Shown here: in pieces, positions 25,638-37,444 of the stretch
Position numbering within the stretch: position 1 is the stretch's first letter
Layout of the letters: each line of letters starts with the position of its first letter
Translations under genes and position numbers: made by a program
Assembly (NCBI GenBank): GCA_965649825.1
Contig: OZ287695.1
Location: 1,911,288 to 1,975,287 of the forward strand
DNA length: 64,000 nucleotides
Direction: 5' to 3'
From: Penicillus capitatus
Taxonomy: Eukaryota > Plantae > Chlorophyta
Notes under the pieces: model-generated
Databases searched by the model: none
What the model was told of the DNA's origin: nothing
Seen by the model: the letters and a program-made list of their open reading frames with translations, nothing else

Positions 25638-28370
25638 CTAACTTCCAATCGCAATGTCTTCGAGAGGTACGGCCGTTTCCATGTCGACATGATCCAAACG
25701 TACGGTGCCGATAAGCGATTCCGGCAACTCTTCTTCACTGTCCCCTGTAATGAAGGTCACGTCACACATTGTTTAAGAAAGAGTGAGATACCTTGAATAA
25801 GAACAGCAAGATCAACGGTCAGACTTCGCGTTGCTCCCCGGACAATGCCGATGACAGTGGACGCTGCTCGCGAAGAGGCGACATCGATGTCGATCTCGAA
25901 GTAGCCTTGATCCATGTGATACGTTTGCTTTAATTTCTTCCCCATGATGACGGGCGTGTGCCCAACAGCCGTACGAATCAACCACTTCCCTTCAACCACC
26001 TACGCAAAGGACAGGTGTCTTCGTGCACGGACAGGATTCGACGAGAGCCTTGGGGATGAGTTTAAACATGCTGTCTCTTTCTTCGTCCGTTGCATGCAAA
26101 AATTTGAAGAGGCTTGTTTCGAAGGGATCCCTGTGGATTGAGTCGTTGGATGAATTGGAATGCGTCGGTTCGTTCGTCCATCCGATCACCATCGATAGAT
26201 ACGGAGGACCCGGAAGCATGACTTGAATGACAAACGTGAATTCGTTCTGCCCGGATCTGCTGTCACATCACATCATTGTCCTCGTGACAGATGGCATACC
26301 TAAGGGCTGGTAGAAATCTCGAAACATTGGTCGTCGGCTCGGCGAGTCTCAAAACGTAAACCCAATCGAGTCGAAACCGTGGCTCAGGGGCCGGAATCTT
26401 TCTCTTGTCTACTAAGTAATTTGCTCCCCTAACGTAGAAGCCGGTACTCCCGGGGGCGCTCCAGAATCTAAGACATCGAGCAAAGCTCTGTCAGCCAGCA
26501 ATCAATTCTCGATATCTCGTTCTTGCCTGTCATTGAGAACACCATCTTCACGAGGGAGACTCTCGTGTCGATCGAAACCCTCTCCAGTGAAACTCGAGCT
26601 GCGGAGCGAAGAGGATGCGTGTCGCAATGGGGTACAAGACTGCAGTAGAGAAGAGGCTGTGCGCAACTGCACACAAACACCGAGGGATTAGCGGCGGCGA
26701 GACATGGAGAGTAACGCGTTCGCGAGACCAGAGTGCCAACGATTGACGGCGAACGAGGGATTGCCGCACCGGCAGTCTCTCTGTCTAGCGGCGCATCCAT
26801 CGGCCGTCACTCTTGTATACGCGTCGAATGATGGGACAGCTCCGGGGAGCGTTGCGCACCTACCTGGCACTGGTTTTCCAAACTGTTCTTCAAGACAGTG
26901 ACGGTTCGGAGCATCCGGTCGATCCAAATCTGGCAAATGCCCAGGGCGTCGATCAGAGGCTTGCAGGGATGGCCAACAGAACACACGCCACCGAAGTCGA
27001 TTTTCAGCACTAACGTCAACTGTGCACCCATCTCCTGTCCTCTTGGCGAGGAGGCGACGGGCGAGATCGTAAACCCAGCCGCCGGAATCTAAACGCACAA
27101 TGGACGTCACGCAGGAAATGGACGATGCTGCCGGCACATGCGCCTCAATGGGATCGTTGAACCACGACCACCACGTCTTGGGTTGACTCAATGCATTGGA
27201 GGTCTGTCGGTTGCAGCTCTTGAAGAGGACGCCCAGCGTACCGGAGGTATATTCGGTCCACATTCGCTCAACGAGCAGCTCTCGTGCCGTCAGTATCCAA
27301 CTGCCAAGACCGACGGGCTGCAATCTTAGACGCAGAATCTGTACAGCCATACGAGTGTGTGACATGACGTCAGCCGCGCATTCTTACTTCCAAATCGCCA
27401 TCCCTTCGCACGAGATTGACGTCTCCCCAGCACAGAAGGAAAGACCCCGTTGTCAAGGCGTTCAGGATTTTCTTGGGGTGACTTCGGATGGATGTAGACA
27501 CCATGTATGCGCCGCCTGTCACATCTTCTTCATAGTACACGGTCAATCCATCCATCTCTTTGATCGGCTGCCATTCATCTGACACCACACTCCGTGTCAC
27601 ATCACATGTGTGATCGAACATGTGCGTCCTACGCTCATCAAGAGTGTTTATTGGATCAGGATCTCTGCACTCTGAATCCTAGGGCATCATCCATCACACG
27701 TGCATCAGTCACGTCAGTCAGGAGCTGTTCTGAAACTACGAGCGTCGAATCGTCAATTTGTGGTGTGATCGGTGCATCGGATTCTGGTGCTGCTCCAGAA
27801 CTGTCTTCGCGATTCAGAGCATCGCACGGACGTCCCATCAGAGACTGTGTACCTATCCCTCTGCTCATTCATAGAGATCCTCATAGAGAACAGCATCACC
27901 CATGATTGCATTGGTCAATGCCGTCCTCCATTCCGCCGCCAATTCCTCCGACTCAAATCCCAAAATCAAATCCGTATCCGCCATCATTCTCGAAGTCGGC
28001 CAGGACAGCGAAATAACATACTATAAACAATGAAGACTCAAGGCGAAGAGTGAGAAGAGTGAGAGATCACCCCGTTCTTTGCGTAGCTTCTCCCCAACAT
28101 TCGAGCGACAAATGGGTTCCAACCATCCTCAGCGACCCAAAACGTTGCTGGCATCACACGCTCTATCTCACACTCCTTTGTCAGCGGCCACATGCGCGGG
28201 ACGGCGTTGTCTGCTGGGTCGCGATATGTGACGAACACATCTTTCACCAAAACGCCGCGTCTCCGAACAAAGAGACTGCCGAGATGGGTGCCTCGGAAGA
28301 CATCGCTCGCCATCTGCTCGTGTGCCAAGACGTCATGCGAAGAAGCCTCTCGGTCCGAACTGAAATCCAT
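25638..28370 (-). CDS. EDR2: EDR2-like PH + START + DUF1336 protein (about 10 introns)
   Basis: N-terminal PH-like exons; START-like EWQPIKEMDGLTVYYE...AHIPAAGFTISP; C-terminal RDSMFKLIP, WLIRTAVG..PVIMGKKL, YFEIDIDVASS, DLAVLIQGDSEEELPESLIGTVRL. Confidence 0.85.
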
Positions 28371-28447
28371 GGAATAATCAATGCTGTCGTACACGGTTAA
28401 CACACGACGCTATTTTCTACCGGTTAGATCACTGGATCTCGCCTATC

Positions 28448-29841
28448 ATGACATCCATCCCTCTGGGCATCGCAACGCGTTCGCCGCTCTCACTGCTGCG
28501 TTGGAAAGCGCGATGCTCGATCTCTTCGGATGAGAGTGTGCAGAAGAGAAGGACGACAGCAGAGGATCTGAAGAAAGGCCCGAGCGGCAGTGGGGTTGTA
28601 CGGCACGATGACATCACACCTTTGGATATGTTCGATTCAAATGTCGTCGAGATGGAATCGACGATTTCGGCAGAGCAGCGGGCTGCGTTGTGGAAAGGAG
28701 CGATCAAAATCCCAATGTACTGGGTCGCAGCGATTCCTGTCTTGGTATGTGGATGACATCTGTCTACATCATTCATCTGTCCCTTTCTGATGTTGCTGTC
28801 TCAGGTGGGCGCGGCTACGGCCTATTATGAGACGGGGTTGTTTGCCATGGCCAGAACAGCCCGTCTTCTGCTTGGCTCTCTCTGCGTCATTGGCTGGCTG
28901 AATCTGAGGTGATGGATCCTGTTATTCGACTATGTGATGTGTCTGATTTTGGTATTCTAGCAACGACGTGTTTGATCATGAAATGGGCGCAGATGTTCAG
29001 AAAGGGGAGTCCATTGTCAATCTGACAGGGAATCTTTCGCTCATCTTTCAAGTGTCGATGGCGCTGCTCACAATCGGCATCGCCCTGTTGGCGTCCGTCA
29101 TCCTGACAAACCGGGCACCGTCTGCCACTCCGCTATTGGGTCTTGCCATTATCTGTGGCTATCTCTATCAGGGACCACCGTTCCGGTGCGTCTCTACCCC
29201 TCTATTAAGTCGGCCCGGATGCCTTGCCATAGACTGAGTTACAAGGGACTTGGAGAACCGTTGTGTTTTGTAGCTTTTGGGCCTCTGGCGACAACTGCTT
29301 TCTACCTTCTTCTCTCCAGCGGTGCTCCTATTTCTTCCTCCTGCTGGGCAGCATCTGTTTTGGTTAGAGAGCAGTAGCCGTGTCACTCTTTACCCTATCC
29401 GATGTCGCATTCTGTAGGTCGGTGTAACGACGACCCTCGTTCTTTTTTGCAGTCATTTCCACCAGTATGACAGCGACAAGGCTGCCAACAAGATGTCGCC
29501 CATTGTCCGACTCGGCGGAGCCAGAAATTCCCTCAAAGTATGACTATGGTATCCGCCCGAATGCACATGTCCAGTCATAGGTGCTGTCGGGATCGATCCT
29601 CTGTTTCTTTTTGACAGTCTTTGGAATGGGTGTCGCCCAGTGGCTGCCGCTTTCTTTGTTTCTACTGAGTTTGTATCCAATCCTCATGGGATTTCGTTGC
29701 GTCGGTTATGCCAAACAACACATCGATAACCCATTCCAACTCAAATTCCTGAAACTCTATGCACTGGATCTGCATAGCGCCTTCGGCATGGTCTTAGTTT
29801 TGTCCCTCGTTGCATCGAGGACGCTCTTTTCTCAATTCTGA
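28448..29841 (+). CDS. menA: 1,4-dihydroxy-2-naphthoate phytyltransferase (phylloquinone biosynthesis; ABC4/MenA, UbiA family), 6 exons
   Basis: Transit peptide, LWKGAIKIPMYWVA, WLNLSNDVFD, YQGPPFRLSYKGLGEPLCFVAFGPL, LFCSHFHQYDSDKAANKMSPIVRLG. Confidence 0.93.
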
Positions 29842-29917
29842 ACTTCCGTTTGCAAGACAGTGTCCATCATCACATATCTCAAGCGTCATCTCTTACACTG
29901 ATGGGCAACGCTTTTTA

Positions 29918-31858
29918 CTATTTGTTGACTTTGATGAACCATTTCAGCTGTTCGGTCCCTGTAAGAATAGCTGCAGATGGAAAGGTGTCCGTCAGAGACG
30001 CGGGCATCACCGCTAAGCTTGACAATAATTTTCGATTTTCCGTCATCCCACAGATGCAATTGCTGCTTCTTCGAGAAGGAGACTGTCCTTTGGAAAACAT
30101 CTTCTGAAGAGAAATGCTCGAAGAGCATTCCATCGTCTGTCTGAATCCGATGGATGTCTTTCTGCCACAGCCGAATTTGATTCGAGACATTCTGCCGAGA
30201 CGCAACCGAGAACGTCATTGGATAGAGTGCGGGATGAAGACGGCTGACATGGGGAACAATTGGAGAGCGGTGTTGGATGCTGGGATGGGCGTGGGCATGG
30301 AGATAGTGAACCACGAGATCCGCTGACAGACCACACTCAAGGGCATCCGCCATAGATTCTCGCGTAATACTGCCGACATAGAAGTTCGGCGTCGTGTAGT
30401 CGCACCGACAGAAGAGGTCCAAAACTGTCCTGAAGAGAGGGGACATCGTATAGCCATAGACCTGCATTGCCAACCAGTCCCCCTCAGAAATGCAAGACAG
30501 AAAAGAAGGCAGACCTTGAAGTTTGTCTCCACGACGATGGAACCTCCCAGACGAAAAGTTGCGATCGATGGAGTGAAAACGGTGCAGAAGCAGGAAGCGA
30601 GGGGAGTCGGAACGTAGCTGACATCACCAGAAGGTACCTGCGATGCCTTTGCTCAGAAGATCGAACAGATCATCTCCTTGCCTTGAAAGTCTTCAGTATG
30701 CCGAACTGCTCCATGTGTGTGGCCACGTTGTACAGAATGGAATCGAGGGAGGCAACATCGCCAGGTCGATTGGATGGGCGAAACCCAAGCTCGAGCAAAA
30801 AGCTGAACAGTTTACCCAAGTCCGTGCCTGAGACGCTAACCGTCTTGCAAGACAATTGGAGGAGGCCATGGACATACCCATCTCCGCCTCCGCTGCTATG
30901 ATGTAGTGAGAAATGAGTTTCCACAGCTGCGATGCTTGATCCATCAGTAAAAATCGATAGCCTTCGGCTGTAATGGCCAAACGACCGGAATCCCTGTAAC
31001 CGATCAGGCACAGCTGCACGCATCCCTTGACAAGAATCGCGGTCTCACTGGATGTCTCCAAGCGAAGCATGTTCTAACAGCCGATCCAGAGCAATGCCTT
31101 TTCCACGCTAAGGGAGACAGAGTCTTTTTGGCAGTGGCGCTGGCAGGATGCATCTTGCCAGATGTGCGGATTTCTTGAGGGGTTGAGAGGACGCACCTCC
31201 AAGATAGAGCAGCAGTGCCTGTAATGGGTAGTCAGTATCAACGACAGAGAACTCTCCCCGTCCCATCGCACCTCCCATCGCTCATTCGCAAAATCGAGCA
31301 GCTCTGTCTCGCTGGGGAGATAAGAAAGGATGTCCTCTGCGACATCCGCATGCAGTGCTCCCCTGCAATAGTGTCGGTGAACGCGAGCTGTCACATCACA
31401 GAGCACAACTCACTCTCCAGAAATGGACAACTGCAAATGCCGTCGAAACACTCTGTGCAAGGAAACCTCTTCTTTGCCGGCACTGTATGTGAGAGATGCA
31501 TGCACGCCTCAATCTCTATTACCCGGTGGTCGTCTGATCTCACCTGTCAGCTGTCACCTGCATCAGCTGTAATCGTCGGAGCTTCTCCATCGTTTCCTGG
31601 TGCTCTTTCTCCGATACAAGCCACCCATCGAGGATCGCTACATGTGTACGGAGCCTTAGATCTGATCCAATGCCATTGATGCGACGTGCTTTTCGCCAGA
31701 GGTCTCTCCAGGAGGAGCATTCTGAGGCAGTACTGCTTTGCCAGGGGAGGCAGGGATCGAAAAACGGCCTGACAGGTCCATTGGTTGTCGTAGAGTCCTC
31801 GGAGCTTCTCCGTTGGTAGTGTCTCCAGAAACGTCGTCAGGTTCGATGAGACGTTCAT
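29918..31858 (-). CDS. TFB2: TFIIH subunit p52/Tfb2
   Basis: LYDNQWTCQAVFRSLPPLAKQYCLRML, ITAEGYRFLLMDQASQLW, VGSITRESMADALECGLSADLVVHYL, NVSNQIRLWQKD; multi-exon. Confidence 0.95.
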
Positions 31859-31916
31859 GAGGCGACGGCATCGAGTATCTCTTGCACGAACATACCCTTT
31901 TCAGCTTCGTCGCGCG

Positions 31917-33448
31917 ATGCTTTCTGTTTACGATGACGCGCATCGCGCGCCGATTGAATATTCCGATAGTAGTGACGACTGTTCCAGTGATATCCCTCCG
32001 GTACCTCTCACTCCCGGTCCACTCGACCCGGAACAGTGCGCAGTGGCAGGTCGTGGCTTCTCGGGCGGAGCCGCAGGCGCACCGCTCTCTCTTACCGTCT
32101 TTTCTAAAGATACCCACGGTGTCCGTATCCGCGAGGGGGGAACGCACGTTCGCGTCTCGCTCGAAAAGAACGATACGGCGTATGTGGTGGTCAATGTCGA
32201 GGCGCTAGATAACAAAGACGGCACCTACACAGCCACCTACACTGCACCGCCTAGGGGAGACTATAAAGTGAGAAAGATGAACATCTCACCAAAAGAGTGA
32301 CCGAGTGCACGTTGTCTCTTTAGCTGCGCATTACAATGGATGGTCTTCCCATTGGCGGGTCACCCTTTCCTGTGTTCTTCAGTCCCCCGACCATGGCCGA
32401 AATCGCCGCCTCCCTTCTTGCATCGCAACGCATGGGCACGACGCCTGAAGCTGCTCTCCAAGTACAGGCCCGAAACACCCTTCATGTGTGATCCTATCTG
32501 ATGTGACGTTCAGATGTTGCCAGATGGCGTCGACACCATCAATGAAAACATCGAAAAATGCCTGTGCGTCAGCAACGTTAGCGCCAATATCAAAACAGAT
32601 CAAGTACGACAGCGTTCTGTTGCTCCTAGATCTCTAACCGTCGTGCCTCTTCGCAGATCAAGCAGCTTTTCCAATACTGTGGAAAAGTGGTTAATGTCAC
32701 GTTCATTAGTGAAGGGAGGGATACAGCACTGGTCGAATTTGAGACATCTCTGGAGGCCGGCTGTGCCATTGGACTAAATGGTGTGACCGTGGGTGACCGT
32801 TCGTTGACCGTCAAGCTGGCAAAAGCCGTATTCCAGGGGATCGAGACGCCTTCAGTCGAATCGATCGCCTCCGCACAGTACGATGCGTTGTCCTCAGCGA
32901 CTCAGAATGCACATCATCTGGTGATGCAACTCGCCAGCTTGCGTGCCGTTGCCCGCACCGCATTGCTCCCTGCGATCCAAGCAGAGGAGCGAAAATATGA
33001 AGGCCGTCAAGCCGCTCTCAATGCCGCCGCCGAAATCTCGCGCAAACTGGGATACAAGGAACCCGAGCAGTTATTTGTTCCAGAGCCATTACCGCCAGAC
33101 TCGTTGCTGGAACTGCAGAAACCTGTCTTCGATAAACAGAAGCTCGGCGGACCGAGACATTACAACGGACGCGGTCGTTTTGCACGAACCCGTGTGCGAT
33201 CGCGTTCCCGAAGTCCACTGCCCTTTCATAAAAAAGATCCGCATCGTCATCCCGCACGACAACGAAAACAAAGAAGCCGAAGTCCTTCCCGTGAGCATCG
33301 CCGTCCCAGACGGCACCGTTCCCATTCCAAAGATCGTTCTTCTCGTCGTGATCACGGCCATCGCCATCACAAAGATAAGAGTCGAGATGAAAAGAAGCGT
33401 TATCGTCATTCGAGGGCCAGAGACGAGAAGAACGATGAGGAAAAGTGA
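31917..33448 (+). CDS. Filamin-repeat + RRM + RS/RH-rich protein (SREK1/SRSF11-like, plant-type architecture), 4 exons
   Basis: Filamin repeat LDPEQCAVAGRG...DNKDGTYTATYTAP.RGDYKL.ITMDGLPIGGSPFPV; RRM CLCVSNVS...QLFQYCGKVV...ALVEF...LNGVTVGDRSLTV; RSRSRSP tail. Confidence 0.85.
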
Positions 33449-33460
33449 TGTGTGAGATTT

Positions 33461-34621
33461 TTATCTATGGAGAGGGGTGACGATGGGCGTATCAAAGGTG
33501 TAATTAACGATTTGGTAAGACTTGGTAAATGCCTTGATTTGATGAGCACTGAGCGATGGATCGCGTTGCTGTGCAAGAGCGTACAGGCTTGTGAGTATCG
33601 GCAGGACCTCTATGGTCTCGACGCGGAGCTTTGTTAAGGCATCGGCCAGCACGACGAAATCGTCGTTCCACATCTCTTGCGAACTCCACGTTCCAAACGA
33701 CATCCTTCCACGCAACAGATGCAACACGTCACGCAGGTCTTGGTACTGCAGCAGAGCCAGGGATGAGATGAAGGAGGCAATGTGATGCATGTTCATAAGG
33801 TCGAAATAGAAAGTGCAGTTGTGGACAGCAGAAGCCACGATATCGTGGTGCACTGGGTAACATTGCCTCGCCGTGGCCTTCAAGAAATAGAGGAGATTGA
33901 AGGGTGAGGTGGACGGATGTCTGAAATCGTGGACGGCGTTCCGCAGAAGGATCTTCTGGACGTCAGCCTCGAGAGGGAGTCCAAAATTGGATAGTGCTTC
34001 GACCATGTTGCATGCATTGTTGCCTCCAAATTCATTGGTATCGATGAGTAAATCGTGTACGTGATAGATCCAGGAGGCAGATGGTCTCCACAGAATGGAA
34101 GGGCCCAATCGAGACATACCCCAGAAGAATTGCATGAGTTCTCTGTTCTGTGCTTGATCGGCCTTTTCTGAGATTTCTGTGAGGAGGAGTGGCAGAATGG
34201 ATTTCAGACGTGGGAGCATCCAAAGCTCGGGATGCTGTGAACGGATCAAAGGGATCAGCTGTCCGATTCGATGACAACTGACAGCGAGACTCGGGATGTC
34301 CAGAATGGCTCGAAATTGATAGAGCGCTTCGCTAAGAACGTCCAAATGCGTTTCGATAGTGGTTTGGCGCTGCGCATAGCGATCTTCTCGATAGAGAAAG
34401 GGTTTCAGATCGCGCTGCACGGCATCAAAGATGCCGTTGAGGTGTCTGCTGCAGTCGTGACGTCGACGTCCGGGCCACAACAGATCATCACGACGACCAT
34501 ACGACTCAGATGATGATGGGACGTCGCTCGGTAAAGAAGCTGCCGCGAAGCGACGGTAAGTTCTGGCTGATGCCCTTCCTATGGTATCGAAAGACAAAAA
34601 AGCACGAACAGAGAGCACCAT
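33461..34621 (-). CDS. Helical-repeat (OPR/FAST-like) putative organellar RNA-binding protein, single exon, 386 aa
   Basis: Arg/Ser/Ala-rich presequence-like start; repeated segments ELMQFFWGMSRLG, NACNMVEALSNFG, IASFISSLALLQY, FVVLADALTKLRV. Confidence 0.6.
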   Translation of the reverse strand: MVLSVRAFLSFDTIGRASARTYRRFAAASLPSDVPSSSESYGRRDDLLWPGRRRHDCSRHLNGIFDAVQRDLKPFLYREDRYAQRQTTIETHLDVLSEALYQFRAILDIPSLAVSCHRIGQLIPLIRSQHPELWMLPRLKSILPLLLTEISEKADQAQNRELMQFFWGMSRLGPSILWRPSASWIYHVHDLLIDTNEFGGNNACNMVEALSNFGLPLEADVQKILLRNAVHDFRHPSTSPFNLLYFLKATARQCYPVHHDIVASAVHNCTFYFDLMNMHHIASFISSLALLQYQDLRDVLHLLRGRMSFGTWSSQEMWNDDFVVLADALTKLRVETIEVLPILTSLYALAQQRDPSLSAHQIKAFTKSYQIVNYTFDTPIVTPLHR

Positions 34622-34803
34622 CGCTGTCGACCTGTACGACCGCCGTGATGTGACGTCATCATCTCTTCAGTACCAAACGCCCTTTAGGTTTTGTGCACGA
34701 TTGCCATTGACCGAGTGACTAAGCAATGGCCTGTACGGAAAGGACTTATTCTCAGGAGTGGTGGTCTCCATGCATTACAATGAAATCACTGTATCGATAG
34801 ACA

Positions 34804-36491
34804 TCAGGGTCGTGATCTCCGTTGTCCCATCCATTTCATACAGGCCAGCAGATCAGCCAGCATAAATTTCAAAGCCTTCGTCCATCGTGCGTCTTTTCCC
34901 AGTGCAAGCTTTATCGTCTTGCCATCGATCTTGTCAGCTTCGATGGAAAACGGCAGATTGAAAGCATCTTCTTGGTTTTCTCTCAAATCCTTTCACAAAT
35001 CCATTCGAACGCCGAAACACAAACTCGCCATCTCACCTCCGAATGCGCAAAATCTGCAAACTCTTTGAGACAAGCCAGGTAGCTGATCATGGCCTTGTCA
35101 AAGTTGAAGCTCCACATCTTGTTGACAGGGCCATACAGTTCATGAACGCGGCCTGTGATACAAAGCTAGTCAATGTCCACTTGCAAATGGAAGCATACGT
35201 TCAACGCCTCTCTTCTCCAGTATCTTTGGCTTACTCCCCAGCGGCACCAGTCGATAGACAGAGAAGGTGTATCGGCAGAGATTAGCCATGGTGTAGAGAA
35301 GGAGCACTGCCTGACCCCAACCAGCATTGATCTCGTCCCACTCCACAAAGACCTCCGATGTGCGCCCCATTCTGCAACACAGGTCTATCTCTGAGTCTAT
35401 TAGCCGCCATCTGTTGCTCGCCTGAATCCACTGATGGTGCCGAAGGGACCGTCGTGATCGATTTTGAAGGCGTCGAGACAGACATTGGTTCGCTGCAGCC
35501 ATGCCAGCTTCTCCGTGGCGAGATTGATGCGCGTCACCACAGCCGCTTTCTCATCCAAATAGTTATCCATTCGCAGCGCATAGTCGTTAAACATATGCCA
35601 GTAATCCGCCTCCAATTCTTGCAGCTGTTCAGATACGGCATGCAACTGATCCACCCGCATCTCTGCTTGGCAAACCTGAGCTTCCAGCTCTTCGACGCGT
35701 GCCTTCTCCTCGGCAAACTCTGCCTCTGCCTGAGAGAAGGCTGGTACGGTTAGTGACTTTCTGCTATCGATGGACGCTCACTTCTCTCATCTTTTTCTCG
35801 AATTCTTCATCGGAGAGCAAGTAAAGTCCGTCTTCTTCGCTTTCTAATCGCTTGACGGCCTCGGAGTAGTCCGAGATTTCGGCCTCGATCTTTCGCTTCT
35901 CCGTTTCCATTTGCATCCGAACCTGACTCGCGCAGTCCACACACAACGGATGATCCACACCACTCTCTTCGCTGGCCAACTGCAACGAAGAGCATGACAT
36001 CGATGTCGAAGCGTAGAAGAGCAGCGCGTTGACTTCGAAGATTCTGGACAGCGCTTTGAGCTTCTCGTCCAAATCAACAGGGCTCGCCAGTGTTAACCGA
36101 TCGCTCTCGTCTGAAAAACAAACCGTCCTCAACGAAGCTCATTGTGGAAGCAGTTCGTATCACCTTCATCTCTCTCAAGTCCATCGCGCTGAGAGGCAGG
36201 AGATGAGATGGGACCCAGAACAACGAAACTCTCGTCCACTGCTCGATTGCCGCTCTGTTCTGTGGCAGAACGCTCTTGGGTGGATGAGAAGCATCGCTTG
36301 GCTGCTTTACCACGGCGGCGGTCTTTCAGGCGAGGCTCGAGAAGGATGAATGAATCTTCAGGTTTCGTTTGCCTATGCCCGTCGTGCTCCACACCCGAGC
36401 CCGTCGTCCTATCAGACGACATCTGTTCGATGCCCGTCACTGCCAAACGGGCCTTGCAAGATTGGCAACAAAACAAAACAGGCTCCATCAT
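34804..36491 (-). CDS. ATG6: Beclin-1/ATG6 autophagy protein
   Basis: [23 protein letters not shown], coiled coil, [54 protein letters not shown]. Confidence 0.95.
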
Positions 36492-37444
36492 AGAACCGTG
36501 GACCGACAGCAAGCAGATGGCGTAGAAACGTCACATCATCCGCAACACTTGCATCGACTTTGGATACCATTGTTCCTAGAATGCTCGAAATGGCATGCAG
36601 ACGATGCGAATTTCCTTTAACTGGGTGAACGGAGCTCGCAGCCGCAAAGTTGTAGAAGCTGACGGTTTATGCTATCTAAACGCTGGACCTTGACACAGAG
36701 GTTATTCACTTCATCTAGCTGTATGCTCTCATAGCAGTGGCGATGGCGATGGCGATGCGTATGCATCCATGTCACAATCGCTTGTAGAATTCATTGTTGT
36801 GAGCACCCCTCTTCTGGCAGCACGACGGTGATCATGAATTACCATCAGGAAAATGCGAAGAGAGACATGAGAACGCCAGACGAGACGATGGCACGTTTAC
36901 AGAGTCATCGTCCCAGGCGATGCCGTTTTCTCAAAACGCGACGGATACACTTCGTGCAATCAACCGACCACCTGTTGCCAGTCCACACGACGGCACATCC
37001 GAATCGCAGAGCAGACGATCATTTCCGTACGTTTTTCCACCTCACCCGTCATCCTCTCGAAATCAACCATCCCCATCTCCATTACATTCCATCGCAACAT
37101 GCAGCCCACGCACACGCACTTTCCATTCTTCTCTCTCTTAGTTATTTGCAGCTCGAAGGTGAGCAGACGCGGTCGATGGGACAGCAAGCCAACAGTTGTC
37201 CATTTAACCGTTCAGCTTCAAAGTCGCTGAATCGTAGAAATTGGCGTTATCCATCATTTCAGTGAGGTGTGTGAATCAGTGAGTTTGCAGTAGTCCGCTA
37301 CGCTTCAGATAGTATACTTCAGTGAATTTGCCTCGGCAATTCTTCACGGTGTTCTAACCAAGACGTCGACGTTCTTGAGCAACCAAGCTCATATCCGTGC
37401 CATAGCCACTCCGTCGCGCAAACCGACATCGTCTGTAAGCAAAT

